Source of the DNA: Oikopleura dioica
Taxonomy: Eukaryota; Animalia; Chordata
DNA length: 64,000 bases
Reading direction: 5' to 3'
Assembly: GCA_907165135.1 (NCBI GenBank)
Contig: OU015567.1
Coordinates: forward strand, 15,748,001 to 15,812,000
Shown here: positions 26,732 to 37,498 of the stretch, one piece after another
How the letters are laid out: every line of letters begins with the position of its first letter
Position numbering within the stretch: position 1 is the stretch's first letter
Translations under genes and position numbers: made by a program
Notes under the pieces: model-generated
Told to the model about the DNA's origin: nothing
Database searches by the model: none
Seen by the model: only the letters and a program-made list of their open reading frames with translations

Positions 26732-28161
26732 CTTATGATCAGGGCTTCTCTAGCCTCCGAGATGAGCCGCATATCTCAATTCCTGCCGAGCTTATCACTA
26801 AAAGTTTGAATTTTACGTACTTTTTTCACTCTGAAAGTTCATAACGTAAATTTTTTACGGTAAATACTAATAAATCTTCTGCGGTTTTGATAGACAATTG
26901 AAAATTAATAATACCCACCGTTCAAAACCTTGTAACCAGCCGGTAAAAAAGCGCTGAATCAAAATTATGCCCTCAAAAACCACTTTTTTGATTATATTTT
27001 TCTCCTCAAAGATCGGAACTAGAAGCGGGACCTTTTTGCGCGAAATCAATGCTATTTCTTTTGATAGAGGATTTTTCAGAGAATAAAGGGGTCTTTTTTA
27101 ATTTTGGATTCCATAACTGGAACTTCTTGTATCACCTTTTCCACTGCTCGCTTTTTTCTCAGGTTGACCAAGTTTGATTCTAGTAGACATTTGATGCCTT
27201 CTAGGACATTTAAGATATTTTATCGAGCCCCCGGATGAGCAAATCTCTTCTTGGAAAACTCGGCTTTGAGGAAACTCCAGTTAATTTCGAATTTTTTCTC
27301 TTCGCTTTAAGCTCGGACGAGTTGGTAGACCATTAAATGCATCTCATGTTCTCAGTCCTTTTCTGTCATGTTTTGTTGACAAAAATCATGTTTGCACATG
27401 TTGAATCTTAAATGCACGATTTTAAGAACCCTAATGCGTCAGAAGACTCCGCTAGCTCTGTGGCAAGTTATGAAACATGTCACAGTGCCCTCCTGAAGCT
27501 CAAGAAGTGCTCCATATCGGAACGCCCGAAGAGGACAAGCCCAAGACTAAATTTATGATTGGCTCATTGCCGACGCAAGATAGCTCAGCTACGATTGTAA
27601 GAAGCTATGTATGGGTTTAAGTTCAATCATAATAAAAATTCAGGCTAAAAATAAATATTATCAAAAAAGTGGTTTTTGAGGGCATAATTTTGATTCAGCG
27701 CTTTTTTACCGGCTGGTTACAAGGTTTTGAACGGTGGGTATTATTAATTTTCAATTGTCTATCAAAACCGCAGAAGATTTATTAGTATTTACCGTAAAAA
27801 TTTACGTTATGAACTTTCAAAGTGAAAAAAGTGCGTAAAATTCAAACTTTTAGTGATAAGCTCGGCAGGAATTGAGATATGCGGCTCATCTCGGAGGCTA
27901 GAGAAGCCCTGATCATAAGGATCATTTTGACGGTTCAAACATGAAAATCCGACGATTAGAACAAAAACGGGAGCTGACAACGTGATTTCCGGTAATCAGC
28001 CGGTTAACCGGTAAATCCTTAAACTTTTCAAGTGTGACCTATACCAATCGACTCGTCTCGACGAGCCTGACAAAACTGCACTAGCACTTTTTTCATGATT
28101 TCCGGCCGCGCAAAAAGTTTTTTGAAATCATCCTTATTTTCGTTGCTTTTCGGTGAGTTAA

Positions 28162-28759
28162 CGCATGAACGCACGAATTTTTTTTCCTGCTGAACGCATA
28201 TTGCGCAGATTTCTGCGCAACACCTTTAGAGCGCTCTAGCGACGATTGTGGTCGAGATTTGAAAATCAAAAGCTACCAAAATAAAGCTCAGACGCTAACG
28301 AACAAGTCTATAATAGTTTGAAATCCTAACTCTAACCAGAACCTCGCTAAAAACAGTGATTTCTAAAGTAACCCGAAAATGAACCAGTTTTTCCATTTTT
28401 ATTCTTTTTCATTAATCTCAGATACAAATGAACAAAATAGATATTTATGATTAAATTTATATTTGATCTGATGTAGAAATGCGATAAAACGCCGAAAAAA
28501 ATACTTTTATCGACAGAAAAATTAGTGCAAAACTGTTAAAATGCTAACAAAAGCATGATTCGAAAAAATCGGAAATTTTCGTTCTGAAGCCAATTTTTTA
28601 TCCTAAAGTCAAAATTTTTTTTCGATGCCAGATTCGGATTCCTCATCGAAAATGAGCTCCTAAAGTGGGGGTCGATTAGAAATTTTGGTCAAGTAAAGTA
28701 TGAGATATCGAGCTTTAAAAGGGCTCTGCGCAGAAATCTGCGCAATATGCGTTCAAGCG
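28162..28759. mobile_element. TTAA-flanked MITE (piggyBac-like target site)
   Basis: TTAA at 28158-28161 and 28760-28763; inverted CGC(A/T)TGAACGCA and TGAACGCATATTGCGCAGATTTCTGCGCA arms. Confidence 0.55.
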
Positions 28760-28907
28760 TTAAGGGGGAGGACATTATAAGCTCGATTTTTTGCAAATCA
28801 TTATTCGACAAAAATATGAGAGCCTTATTTTTTGTCTTCAAAAAGATTTTATTCAGTTTTCTTTTTATTTTGACGGCGAAAATTTCAATTTCTCAATTCG
28901 TTGACGT

Positions 28908-29372
28908 CAGGGATCTAAATTTTTGTCGCGAAAATCGCAATTTGCGAATATTTTGCGATTGCGATGCGAAATTTCGCAGAAATTTCGCAATCGCAAAAAT
29001 TTTTTTGATCGAATCGCAATCGCATCGCAATCGCAACTCAGTTTTCGCTAATAATTCGCAAATTGCGATTTTTTTGCGAATTTCGGTCTTGTCAAAATGC
29101 TCCCTTGGTATTCTGACATGAGTGTTTTTTGACTCAGAGCATATATTCTGTGCTTTAAAGGCTTAATTGAAAGCCTGACTTCAAAAAATTTTCTTAAATT
29201 CCATGAAAAGTTACTTTTTTCGCTAAAATTTCGCAAATAGCGACAAAATCGCAATTCGCGAAAAATTCGCAATTTGCGAAAAAAATCGCAATCGCATCGC
29301 AATTTCCGGAGTATTTTGCGTCGCAATCGCATCGCAATCGCAATTGATTTTCGGCAAAAATTTAGATCCCTG
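28908..29372. mobile_element. hAT-type MITE with internal AATCGC(A) repeats
   Basis: TIR CAGGGATCTAAATTTTTG; 8-bp TSD GTTGACGT at 28900-28907 and 29373-29380. Confidence 0.85.
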
Positions 29373-30837
29373 GTTGACGTAATTCAAGACGTTATTTCGG
29401 AAATTTAGCAAATTTATTTCACCAAAATGGCCTTGCGTTACCAAATTAAGGGATCCCCACCCGATGTGAAAATTTTTACCCAACAGTTTTAACGCAATTT
29501 CTGGCAAAAATATACACTTAAAATATTTTCCTAATTAAAATTCAGTAGTTTGAAGAAATAACTTTAAAAAATAAAGATTCTTTTGATGGAATTGAATAAG
29601 GGTCTCAATCCAATATTTATTTTTCAAGGAAGCTTTATGATTATTTCTCCGTACGATAAGGACAAAAAAGAGCTACTGTATAAAAACACAGCTGTAGAGA
29701 GTTTTTTTCTCGGAAGAAAAATCGTCGATTCTGAAAGTTGATAATCTAAAGGTGTTTTTTCTAGCGCGAATTTCGTGGCCGCTCATTTTCAACCTCTCAA
29801 AACAAAAGGAAACCGGTTCACCTTTCTTTTGACTTAAGGGTGTCATTATCGTAAAAGGTGTGTTCACGGAAACGGCGCCTTTTTCTGGGCCACTACAAAC
29901 ACTCTCCCTGGCGCGGCATTTTTTGCGGTAAAAGCGGCGTAAAAAAGTGATTTGGGCAAATATTTCGCGGAATATTTCGTCCCCGCCGACTCCGTAAGAA
30001 CGCACGTAAGATAATCAAAAGCCGCTACATCTCAAAATACGAGCCGGCGCGATTTAAAACGCAAGAAAAAGGGACTTGCTCGTCCAAACGAACAATCATC
30101 TTGAAATAAACCGTGAAAAACGGGCAAAGTGAGGAGATTTTTGGATCAATTTCTAAAATGTCTTTTTCGAAACGAAACTATGAAATTCGAGTTATTTTTG
30201 CTACAGCGGATGTTCTTGATAAAGAAAATTTCCATCATAATTTTGATTGGTCGAAGAAAAAGAATTTTGATAAAAAAAATGTGACCAATTAGAATCGAGA
30301 TGGAAAAATCGCTTTTTTGACCCGTTCGAGTAGATTTTCGCAATTTATTAATTTTTATTATTTTTAATTTTTTTATATGATAGAAATATTAATTTATCAA
30401 ATTTATTAATTAATCTTCATAAAAAATATAAAGTAATTTAAAACTGGTCAGTATAAACAAAAATATAATATTTTGAATTATCAAATAAAAATTTGAAATT
30501 ATTTTTATTGAAATAAAAACGGGCGATTACGGAATCCGCGGCGGAGGAATGGGACGTGTTTGGCCGAAAGAGTTGTTGTTTGCCCTGGAAAGTTGCAAAT
30601 TGCGCGCGGCGGCGGAAAGGGCCCCTTCCTCAGATGAGACATCCACTGCCAAACTGCTTATCGCCATATCATCCACGCGCACAAATTGACAAGGCATTGG
30701 AAGATGCTTGTATTGAAAAGTGGAAACTTTATTTTTATTTTGAAGAGCCACGAAAATACAAAAATCAAATGTAAGTTCAGAAAACTCCTTGCAACCTGAT
30801 TTTTCTATATCTTCTTTTATTTTTTATATGTACAGAA

Positions 30838-31066
30838 TTAAATAAGAACGGTTATATTCCAGCGGACATAATGCGATCCTCCTTTGAATTTGACCATTCC
30901 TTGTGAGTCCGGCGTCAGATTCTTCGCCGAGTTGTAGCTCCTCCCACATCCCATTAAAATATCGTCCGCGTCGGCTTGAAACTCGACGCGTTTTCCTAAA
31001 AAATAAAAATCTCAAATTCAACAATCAATACCGTTGTAAGTTAGCCACATTTTCCAGAATTGCCCG
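30838..31066 (-). pseudogene. Orphaned 3' end of kinase paralog K2, separated by the LTR element
   Basis: Reads QFWKMWLTYNG|36-nt intron|KRVEFQADAD...YVRWNITVLI*, continuing exactly from ...YGGDG at 40237 once the element and one TSD are removed. Confidence 0.85.
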
Positions 31067-31360
31067 TAGAGAATGAACAATTACGATCCAAAAATGGCGC
31101 GCAGGCGCTAGTGAGCAGGACGCTCACCGACGAAGACTAAGCGACGAAAATGATAACTTCACTCACTCCACCCAACTGTTCAAGAGATATTAACATTAAA
31201 TAAATCAAGTGTAAATTTACTAGGTGGATTCATTCTTATAAATTAGCAAGTATATCAGCAAGTCAGACACCTGTTAGCCGCCGGCCAATACCAGTCAATA
31301 GTAGCTTTAGAAGCAGTCTTTGCCAGCATAGTCTATCAGGGATAACCTGTTAAGTCTCTA
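31067..31360 (+). repeat. 5' LTR of element 1
   Basis: TAGAGA...TCTCTA; direct repeat of 39943-40236. Confidence 0.95.
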
Positions 31361-31362
31361 TC

Positions 31363-31379
31363 TGGTGACTGAAAAAACT
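31363..31379 (+). promoter_or_regulatory. Primer binding site of element 1
   Basis: TGGTGACTGAAAAAACT, 2 nt after the 5' LTR. Confidence 0.75.
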
Positions 31380-31382
31380 AAG

Positions 31383-33242
31383 ATGAGACCCCCCTCGTAT
31401 AAAATGCACAGGTTGTCACTTGATGATATACCGATAGTAAGAATGGAACAGTTATTAGCTAGGATGAGTCTTCCAAAGGGTAATAACGCGATTGAGTCCT
31501 ACAAAAAAGAATACTTAAAAAGGCATGGGAAGAAAAATAGAAGCGAACCTCACGTCATAGCAATGGCACTTTATTTACTCAGTAAAAGCGAGGAAGAGCC
31601 ATACAAAAATTTGTATATCGTTTTCGCAATGCCATACCTTAAACAAATCCCAAGTGATCTCAATAAATTGGAAATAAAAACGTACGAACAATTTTACTCG
31701 GAAATCTCCGGAATAGTTAAGAATATTCCACTTTTCGATCCAAAACACATAACAACCACTGAAAATAACATTGGAAACGCCCTTAATTTCTTATACAACA
31801 GACACGTTGTTGCGGGCGAAGATATTTCAAATTACCGATTTGCACAGGATTTGACGAATGAAGAAATTTTTGATAAAGATCAAACAGTTGTAGAAACTAC
31901 ATACGTGGGAGATAAAGACGAAAATTTGTCGAATATTAAACTTAATGATAAAGACGAGTCATACATGAATATGTTTAGGGAGGACCTTGAAAATGAGGGA
32001 GAGGATGAGGATATAAAACCAACCAAAACTTACGGGGAGAAGGGATTTCTTAACAGAATGTCAGCAAAAGCAAAGGAAGCTTTTAACTTAACGAAAGACT
32101 TGATAGATTCGGAATCAGGGGAATCGAATCAAGAGGATCCCGGAGAGCAAAGGGAATATAGAACTTCATCAAGGGTGGATGGAGACCAAAATCGAGCTAC
32201 GCTTCATGTAATGGAAACAGAGGAAGAGATGAAAAATGTCCGGGTGAAGAGATTTACTGATAAAGATGATCGGGATGGGTTGCCGACATGGGTTGAAAAT
32301 CAGCTCTTTAATCTTAAATTGCAAAATGGAAGTAAGAAAATTTCAGATAAACAATTTATCGGCTACATCGTGGCTGCGATTGATACAAAAACCATTTCGG
32401 AAGGGATCACTGATAAACTACGGGAGTTAGAGACCCAAGGGAAACCACTTAATATTGCAGCTTTCAAGAAAATTGTTGAAGAAGTGGCTAGAAAGCCAGA
32501 TGAGCTAGTTTTGCGTGAAATCGAAATGCTCACATTTAACCCAGCCAGGGACACACCACAAAGTTTTTACAGAAGACTTGTTCAAATGGCGAGTGCATCC
32601 AAAATGTTTCCAAATAATAAGGGACAAGCCAAATTCGCAGACATGCACTTTCGAAAGAAAATTTGTCCCAGTGACGCAGTTTTTCAAGTTATTAGCATGA
32701 ATATAGAAGGAGAAGAATTAGTAAGATTCTCCGAGAATTTTTTGAGTCAAAAGAAACTTGCGTCACTCAACAATGTGGAAATTGCACAGAAAAATGAGCA
32801 AAAGACTCAGAAAGATCAAAGCAAGAACTATAAAAATAATGGCTATAAAAATTATGGCAAAAATAACTATGGGAAGCAGAACTTCAAAGGTCAAGGAAGT
32901 AATTTTCAGAACCCAGAAAGTTCTCAGAGCCCGGGTAATTATCATAATTATAACCCAAGACACCAAGTCGGCGCCGGTTTTAGACCTCAACAAAGAAATA
33001 ACTTTTACGCACCAAGAGCTAACCTAGCTTGGGCACCACCAAATTTTCAGCAACAAGGCCCAGGGCCAATTCCTCGACAAAATAGACCGCCAATCGGAAA
33101 TCAAGAGAGAATTTGCTGGGGTTGTGGGTCGTCAGGTCATATTTTGAGAAACTGCCCTAACAAGGAGAGCTACGTGTGTTTCCACTGCAAGCAGACCGGT
33201 CACTTTAGCAGACAGTGTCCACTAAAACAAAACAGCCAATAA
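31383..33242 (+). CDS. gag: Gag with two CCHC zinc knuckles
   Basis: CWGCGSSGHILRNC and CFHCKQTGHFSRQC at the C-terminus; first ATG at 31383. Confidence 0.92.
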   Translation: MRPPSYKMHRLSLDDIPIVRMEQLLARMSLPKGNNAIESYKKEYLKRHGKKNRSEPHVIAMALYLLSKSEEEPYKNLYIVFAMPYLKQIPSDLNKLEIKTYEQFYSEISGIVKNIPLFDPKHITTTENNIGNALNFLYNRHVVAGEDISNYRFAQDLTNEEIFDKDQTVVETTYVGDKDENLSNIKLNDKDESYMNMFREDLENEGEDEDIKPTKTYGEKGFLNRMSAKAKEAFNLTKDLIDSESGESNQEDPGEQREYRTSSRVDGDQNRATLHVMETEEEMKNVRVKRFTDKDDRDGLPTWVENQLFNLKLQNGSKKISDKQFIGYIVAAIDTKTISEGITDKLRELETQGKPLNIAAFKKIVEEVARKPDELVLREIEMLTFNPARDTPQSFYRRLVQMASASKMFPNNKGQAKFADMHFRKKICPSDAVFQVISMNIEGEELVRFSENFLSQKKLASLNNVEIAQKNEQKTQKDQSKNYKNNGYKNYGKNNYGKQNFKGQGSNFQNPESSQSPGNYHNYNPRHQVGAGFRPQQRNNFYAPRANLAWAPPNFQQQGPGPIPRQNRPPIGNQERICWGCGSSGHILRNCPNKESYVCFHCKQTGHFSRQCPLKQNSQ

Positions 33243-33460
33243 TCGGGACTTTTTAGGAGGACTCCTCCTTCTTTAGGATAGAGTATAATTTTAAGGAGGA
33301 CTCCTCCTTAGTTTGGGAAAAGATGTAATTTTTAGGAGGACCCCTCCTGTTTTGTTTTGTCTTGTGTTAGTGACTATTTTACATTGTTATTTTTGAAAAT
33401 CGTAACAAAACCACGTATATATCTTTGTAAATAGGAAATTAATGAAATTTTCGGAAATAA

Positions 33461-36400
33461 TTGCTCTTTAAAAACGAACCCTCGCTATTGAAAATTTTGG
33501 GGAGGTATCCTCCCAGAAGGTTCAACATGTATAAAAGTTTGCCTTTAATTCAGCTAACGATCGATGACTTTAATAACAATAAAATATGGTGTCTCTTGGA
33601 CACTGGAGCATCAGTAAGCCTGATAGAAGAAAGCTTAGTTATTGAATTAAATCTTAAAAGGAAGAAAGCGGAAAATCTAACATTAAAAGGGGGAGATGGT
33701 CACGTTATATCCGAGCTCTCAGAGAAAACAGTGCTCAATCTAAAATTTGAAAAGGGAGGTAGAGTTCCGCTGTGTGAGCTCTTTATAACACCAAAACTTA
33801 GCTATAGAATTATTCTTGGGTACAATGTGATTAAATTTTTAAATATCAATTTTAAGAAATTGCCAAACCAAGTCAGAGGGATTTCAATACACTCATTTTC
33901 CGTAGAAGCTCGAATGACTGAGCCAGTACATATTTTTTCGTTGCCAAATTTGAAAAACATTGCAGAAAACAACCTAATCTCGCAAGAAGATACAGTCATT
34001 CAGCCTCGGTCGCGATTTCAGATAAAGATTAATTTAAAATTTCAGAAGCTCGATCGACATAAAAAGGATAAAATGGAATTGCTCCCAGATCCAGTACCCA
34101 AATTACGAGCGGAGAACATTGTTTTTGAAGGACTTAATCTACATACGGGAATTTTAACGGGTTTCAATAAAGGCGAGGGGTTGATTATTATCGATAGAAA
34201 TGCTCTGGTTGGAGAGATCGGAGTGGCGCAAAGGGAACTAGCGGTTTTAAACACGCTCATTTTAACGGAGAGCTTGAGTCCCCCAGAATATAAACAAATT
34301 GAAAGCGAATTTCAAACTTGGGAACGGAGAAGAAACGAACTTATTGAGTCTGTTGATTTTGATAAGATTATTATGGAAAAAGTCGAGGAGACAAAGTTAG
34401 ATAAAATTTTTAATGAAGATGAAATTTTAATTATTCTTACCATTTTGAAAAGATTTTCGAAAGTCTTTGCTAGATCGGATTCAGACGTTGGTTTTAACAA
34501 AAGATTCGTTGTTACATTCGAGTTTAATAGAGAGATGCTACAGCCCGAGCAAAGATCTGCTTACCGAAATCCATCGGCGGATCAAAATAAAATTTTGGAG
34601 TTCTTGGAGGGATTAGAGTTAAATGGAACAATTGAGAAAAGTAATTCTAGTTGGTCAAGCCCATCGATGTTTATTCCGAAAAAGAATTCGAAGTTGCGAA
34701 TGGTGACAAATTTTAAAACCTGGCTAAATGAGTGTTTGCACGTGCCTCAATGGCCTATTCGACCCATTCGAGATCTATTTTATTCCATAGCTAGCCACAT
34801 AAACGAACTTAAGAAATATAGTGAGTCAGAGATTTTATTTACATCTGTAGATTTAAAATCGGGCTATTTTACACTTGCGCTAGAACCGAAAATTCGGAAA
34901 TTTACAGCCTTCAGCGGCCCAAATAAACTTTACCAATATGCAAAAATGTCTCAAGGGCTAAGCCTTGCACCAGCAGTATTTTCGCAATTTATCGCTGAAA
35001 CTTTTGTGCTTCCAGAAAATCTAGCGAAATTCTTCAGGATTGAACTTTACATCGACGATATTTTACTCATCCATCGTAAAGATAGCACCGAGCAGGCGCT
35101 AAGCTGGCTTCTCTCAATAATTCTGAAAAATAATTTAGTCCTAGATATTAAGAAAACGCACATAGCTAAGCGCAAAGTTGACTTTTTGGGTTTTTCAATC
35201 AATTCGATCGGAATCACTCCTCTGAGAAATAAAATGGAAGGACTTCTGAAAATGGAGTCACCAAAAACTCAGAAGCAAATTCAGAATTTTATGGGTAGCT
35301 GCAACTTTTTCATTAGATCCCTGCCAAGAGCCCAGTTTTATCTGAGTGCACTAGCAAAAGAAAGCTCGAATAAGGATTTTAAGGGAAGCAAAGAAGTCGA
35401 CGAGGCGGTAGAAAAATTAAAAGTTGAAATCAACAAGGAAAATCTCACGTTTCATCCGATTCCTTGTAAGGGGGAAACTTATGTTTTAGCGGTTGATGCG
35501 AGCCTGGAAAGTTTCGGAACAGTCTTTGGAATAGGAAAAGTGGGAGATACGGAAGTCCAAGACTTTAAGCCCATTGCATTTGGATCAGGCGTTTTTGAGG
35601 AAAAATTAAAGCTAGAATCTAGTCGCAATCGCGAGCTTATAGGGATTCAAAGAGCTTTGGAGTATTTTAAGGATATTTTATCGGAGGCTGTACCCGTAAC
35701 GGTAATTTGTGATCACAAAAGTATTTGTAACTATAAGGAAAGTGAAGCGCTTAAAAGATTTCCAGTGACACGAGTCAGAAAAGCCCTTTCAACACTTTTT
35801 CAGTACCCAAATTTAGAACTAAGATATGCATCAGCGAAAGATGAAATAATTCAAATATGCGATGGCCTATCCAGAGCAATATCAACTTCCGGGAAAATCG
35901 AACAAAGCGAGATAGTAGAGTGGGTGGGAGGAGTCCTCCCAAGTGAAAATCTCAACCATTTCGAAGTTCTTCAGAACTACAAATACAGGCACCTGTCTGA
36001 AATAACTCTGGACTTACAAGAATTGAAAAATGCGCAGGACGCTGACACTTTTGGTCAAGAAATTTTTCGTTTGAATAATAACCAGACAAATTGGAATATT
36101 GGACCTGATGAATTCCAAGAAGGGGAAGGAGGAGTTTTGATGAGATTTGACCATAGAAAAAATCATTTTTGCTACGTTATTCCGGAAAAACAAGCAAAAG
36201 AAATACTCATCACTCTCCATATGTCCTACGGGCATAGCGCGGAAGCCGCGATTTCGAAAAAACTGGAAGTTGATAGAATCTTCATTAACAATAAAATCTA
36301 CCTGATGCGAGAAATGCGTGCGAATTGCTATCTTTGCGCGTTAAGGCAGAAGCCGCACAGGAGTCAGCCAATAAGACACATGACATTGCCGATTTTTCCT

Positions 36401-37498
36401 TTTCAGAAATTTAGCTTGGACCTTTTGGTCTTAGATAAAAAATCGGAAACGGCTCCATTTGGAATGTCATTTTTGGACGAATTTTCAGAACATCTCGATA
36501 TTATGCCAATTTTGGATAAAACGTCGAAATCAGTTATAAAGGCGATGACTATTTTAATTTTCAAATATTCACTTGGTCCGGGAAACTCGATTTTGCGTGA
36601 CGGAGGACCCGAATTTAGGAGCGACGAGTTTCGCATTTTTCTGAAAAAATATGGGATAAGGCATTCAAAACCAACGGGATACAATCCTACTGCCAACCCA
36701 GTTGAAAGGGTGCATAAAATCTTTAGGAGACATTTAGAAGCGTGCCAAAGTTTAGCTGACGAGCTAAACATGAATGATACGGAGAGACTACAGCTAGCTC
36801 AAAACAGTTACAACTCGAAGCCAAAGCAAAATTTAGGTTTTAAAGCTCCGGCAGAAATTTTATCGGGACAGCCACAGAATCTTATTGTTCAGGCAGAACA
36901 TTTAGAGGAGATTCAAAATAATTATGGAGACTTTTCTGAGGAACAGAAAGCGGAGGCGAGAGAAATTTGGGATAAAAATTTATATTTGTTTCAACGGGAG
37001 ATAGAGTTGACAAATATTAAGCGCGAAATTAAGAGAAAATCTATACTTATCGAGGACACCATAAAAGAAGGTGATGTAGTAATTGTCGTAAATAACAAAA
37101 CTCTTGGTCATGGGAACGCCAGTACAGGGCCTTATTTGGTTTTAAGGAATAATAACGGGGCCGTAGAGATAGAACATATGGTAAATGAAACCAGGTGCAT
37201 TAGGAATGAGAAAATGATTCGCAAATTGTTCATGACTGAGAACATGAAAGAGGCTGTGCGCAACCGCGCAGTCCGTCTCAGCGACGACGGAATTTTTATG
37301 ATCAACGACAAGCCAGCCCCAGCGCCACTCGATCCAAAAACAGATCCCTTCGAACCCGACCAGTCCTCAAATATCCACCAGAGAGCAACTCAAAATTTAC
37401 AAAACAGAATCGAACCCAGCAATACTCCATCGAGATTTCATAACCCCGGATATGAACGGAACCTTAGGCCGAGGAGAATAATAAATTATCGAGAATGA
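33461..37498 (+). CDS. pol: Pol polyprotein (PR-RT-RNaseH-IN)
   Basis: LLDTGA protease, LYIDD RT, VDAS/ELIG/CDH/CDGLSR RNase H, H-x4-H...CxxC and SLD/DGGPEF/VERVH integrase; first ATG at 33527. Confidence 0.95.
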   Translation: MLFKNEPSLLKILGRYPPRRFNMYKSLPLIQLTIDDFNNNKIWCLLDTGASVSLIEESLVIELNLKRKKAENLTLKGGDGHVISELSEKTVLNLKFEKGGRVPLCELFITPKLSYRIILGYNVIKFLNINFKKLPNQVRGISIHSFSVEARMTEPVHIFSLPNLKNIAENNLISQEDTVIQPRSRFQIKINLKFQKLDRHKKDKMELLPDPVPKLRAENIVFEGLNLHTGILTGFNKGEGLIIIDRNALVGEIGVAQRELAVLNTLILTESLSPPEYKQIESEFQTWERRRNELIESVDFDKIIMEKVEETKLDKIFNEDEILIILTILKRFSKVFARSDSDVGFNKRFVVTFEFNREMLQPEQRSAYRNPSADQNKILEFLEGLELNGTIEKSNSSWSSPSMFIPKKNSKLRMVTNFKTWLNECLHVPQWPIRPIRDLFYSIASHINELKKYSESEILFTSVDLKSGYFTLALEPKIRKFTAFSGPNKLYQYAKMSQGLSLAPAVFSQFIAETFVLPENLAKFFRIELYIDDILLIHRKDSTEQALSWLLSIILKNNLVLDIKKTHIAKRKVDFLGFSINSIGITPLRNKMEGLLKMESPKTQKQIQNFMGSCNFFIRSLPRAQFYLSALAKESSNKDFKGSKEVDEAVEKLKVEINKENLTFHPIPCKGETYVLAVDASLESFGTVFGIGKVGDTEVQDFKPIAFGSGVFEEKLKLESSRNRELIGIQRALEYFKDILSEAVPVTVICDHKSICNYKESEALKRFPVTRVRKALSTLFQYPNLELRYASAKDEIIQICDGLSRAISTSGKIEQSEIVEWVGGVLPSENLNHFEVLQNYKYRHLSEITLDLQELKNAQDADTFGQEIFRLNNNQTNWNIGPDEFQEGEGGVLMRFDHRKNHFCYVIPEKQAKEILITLHMSYGHSAEAAISKKLEVDRIFINNKIYLMREMRANCYLCALRQKPHRSQPIRHMTLPIFPFQKFSLDLLVLDKKSETAPFGMSFLDEFSEHLDIMPILDKTSKSVIKAMTILIFKYSLGPGNSILRDGGPEFRSDEFRIFLKKYGIRHSKPTGYNPTANPVERVHKIFRRHLEACQSLADELNMNDTERLQLAQNSYNSKPKQNLGFKAPAEILSGQPQNLIVQAEHLEEIQNNYGDFSEEQKAEAREIWDKNLYLFQREIELTNIKREIKRKSILIEDTIKEGDVVIVVNNKTLGHGNASTGPYLVLRNNNGAVEIEHMVNETRCIRNEKMIRKLFMTENMKEAVRNRAVRLSDDGIFMINDKPAPAPLDPKTDPFEPDQSSNIHQRATQNLQNRIEPSNTPSRFHNPGYERNLRPRRIINYRE

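Larger units (their letters stand above)
24135..28132. mobile_element. Non-autonomous long-TIR DNA element (about 480-bp TIRs, GATG...CATC ends, 3-bp TSD CTT)
   Basis: Left arm 24135-24355 + 26740-~26998 is the reverse complement of ~27655-28132; CTT at 24132-24134 and 28133-28135. Confidence 0.8.

Noticed and set aside
28747-29507. ORFs of 94-124 aa
   Set aside because: They arise from low-complexity AATCGC repeats inside MITEs.
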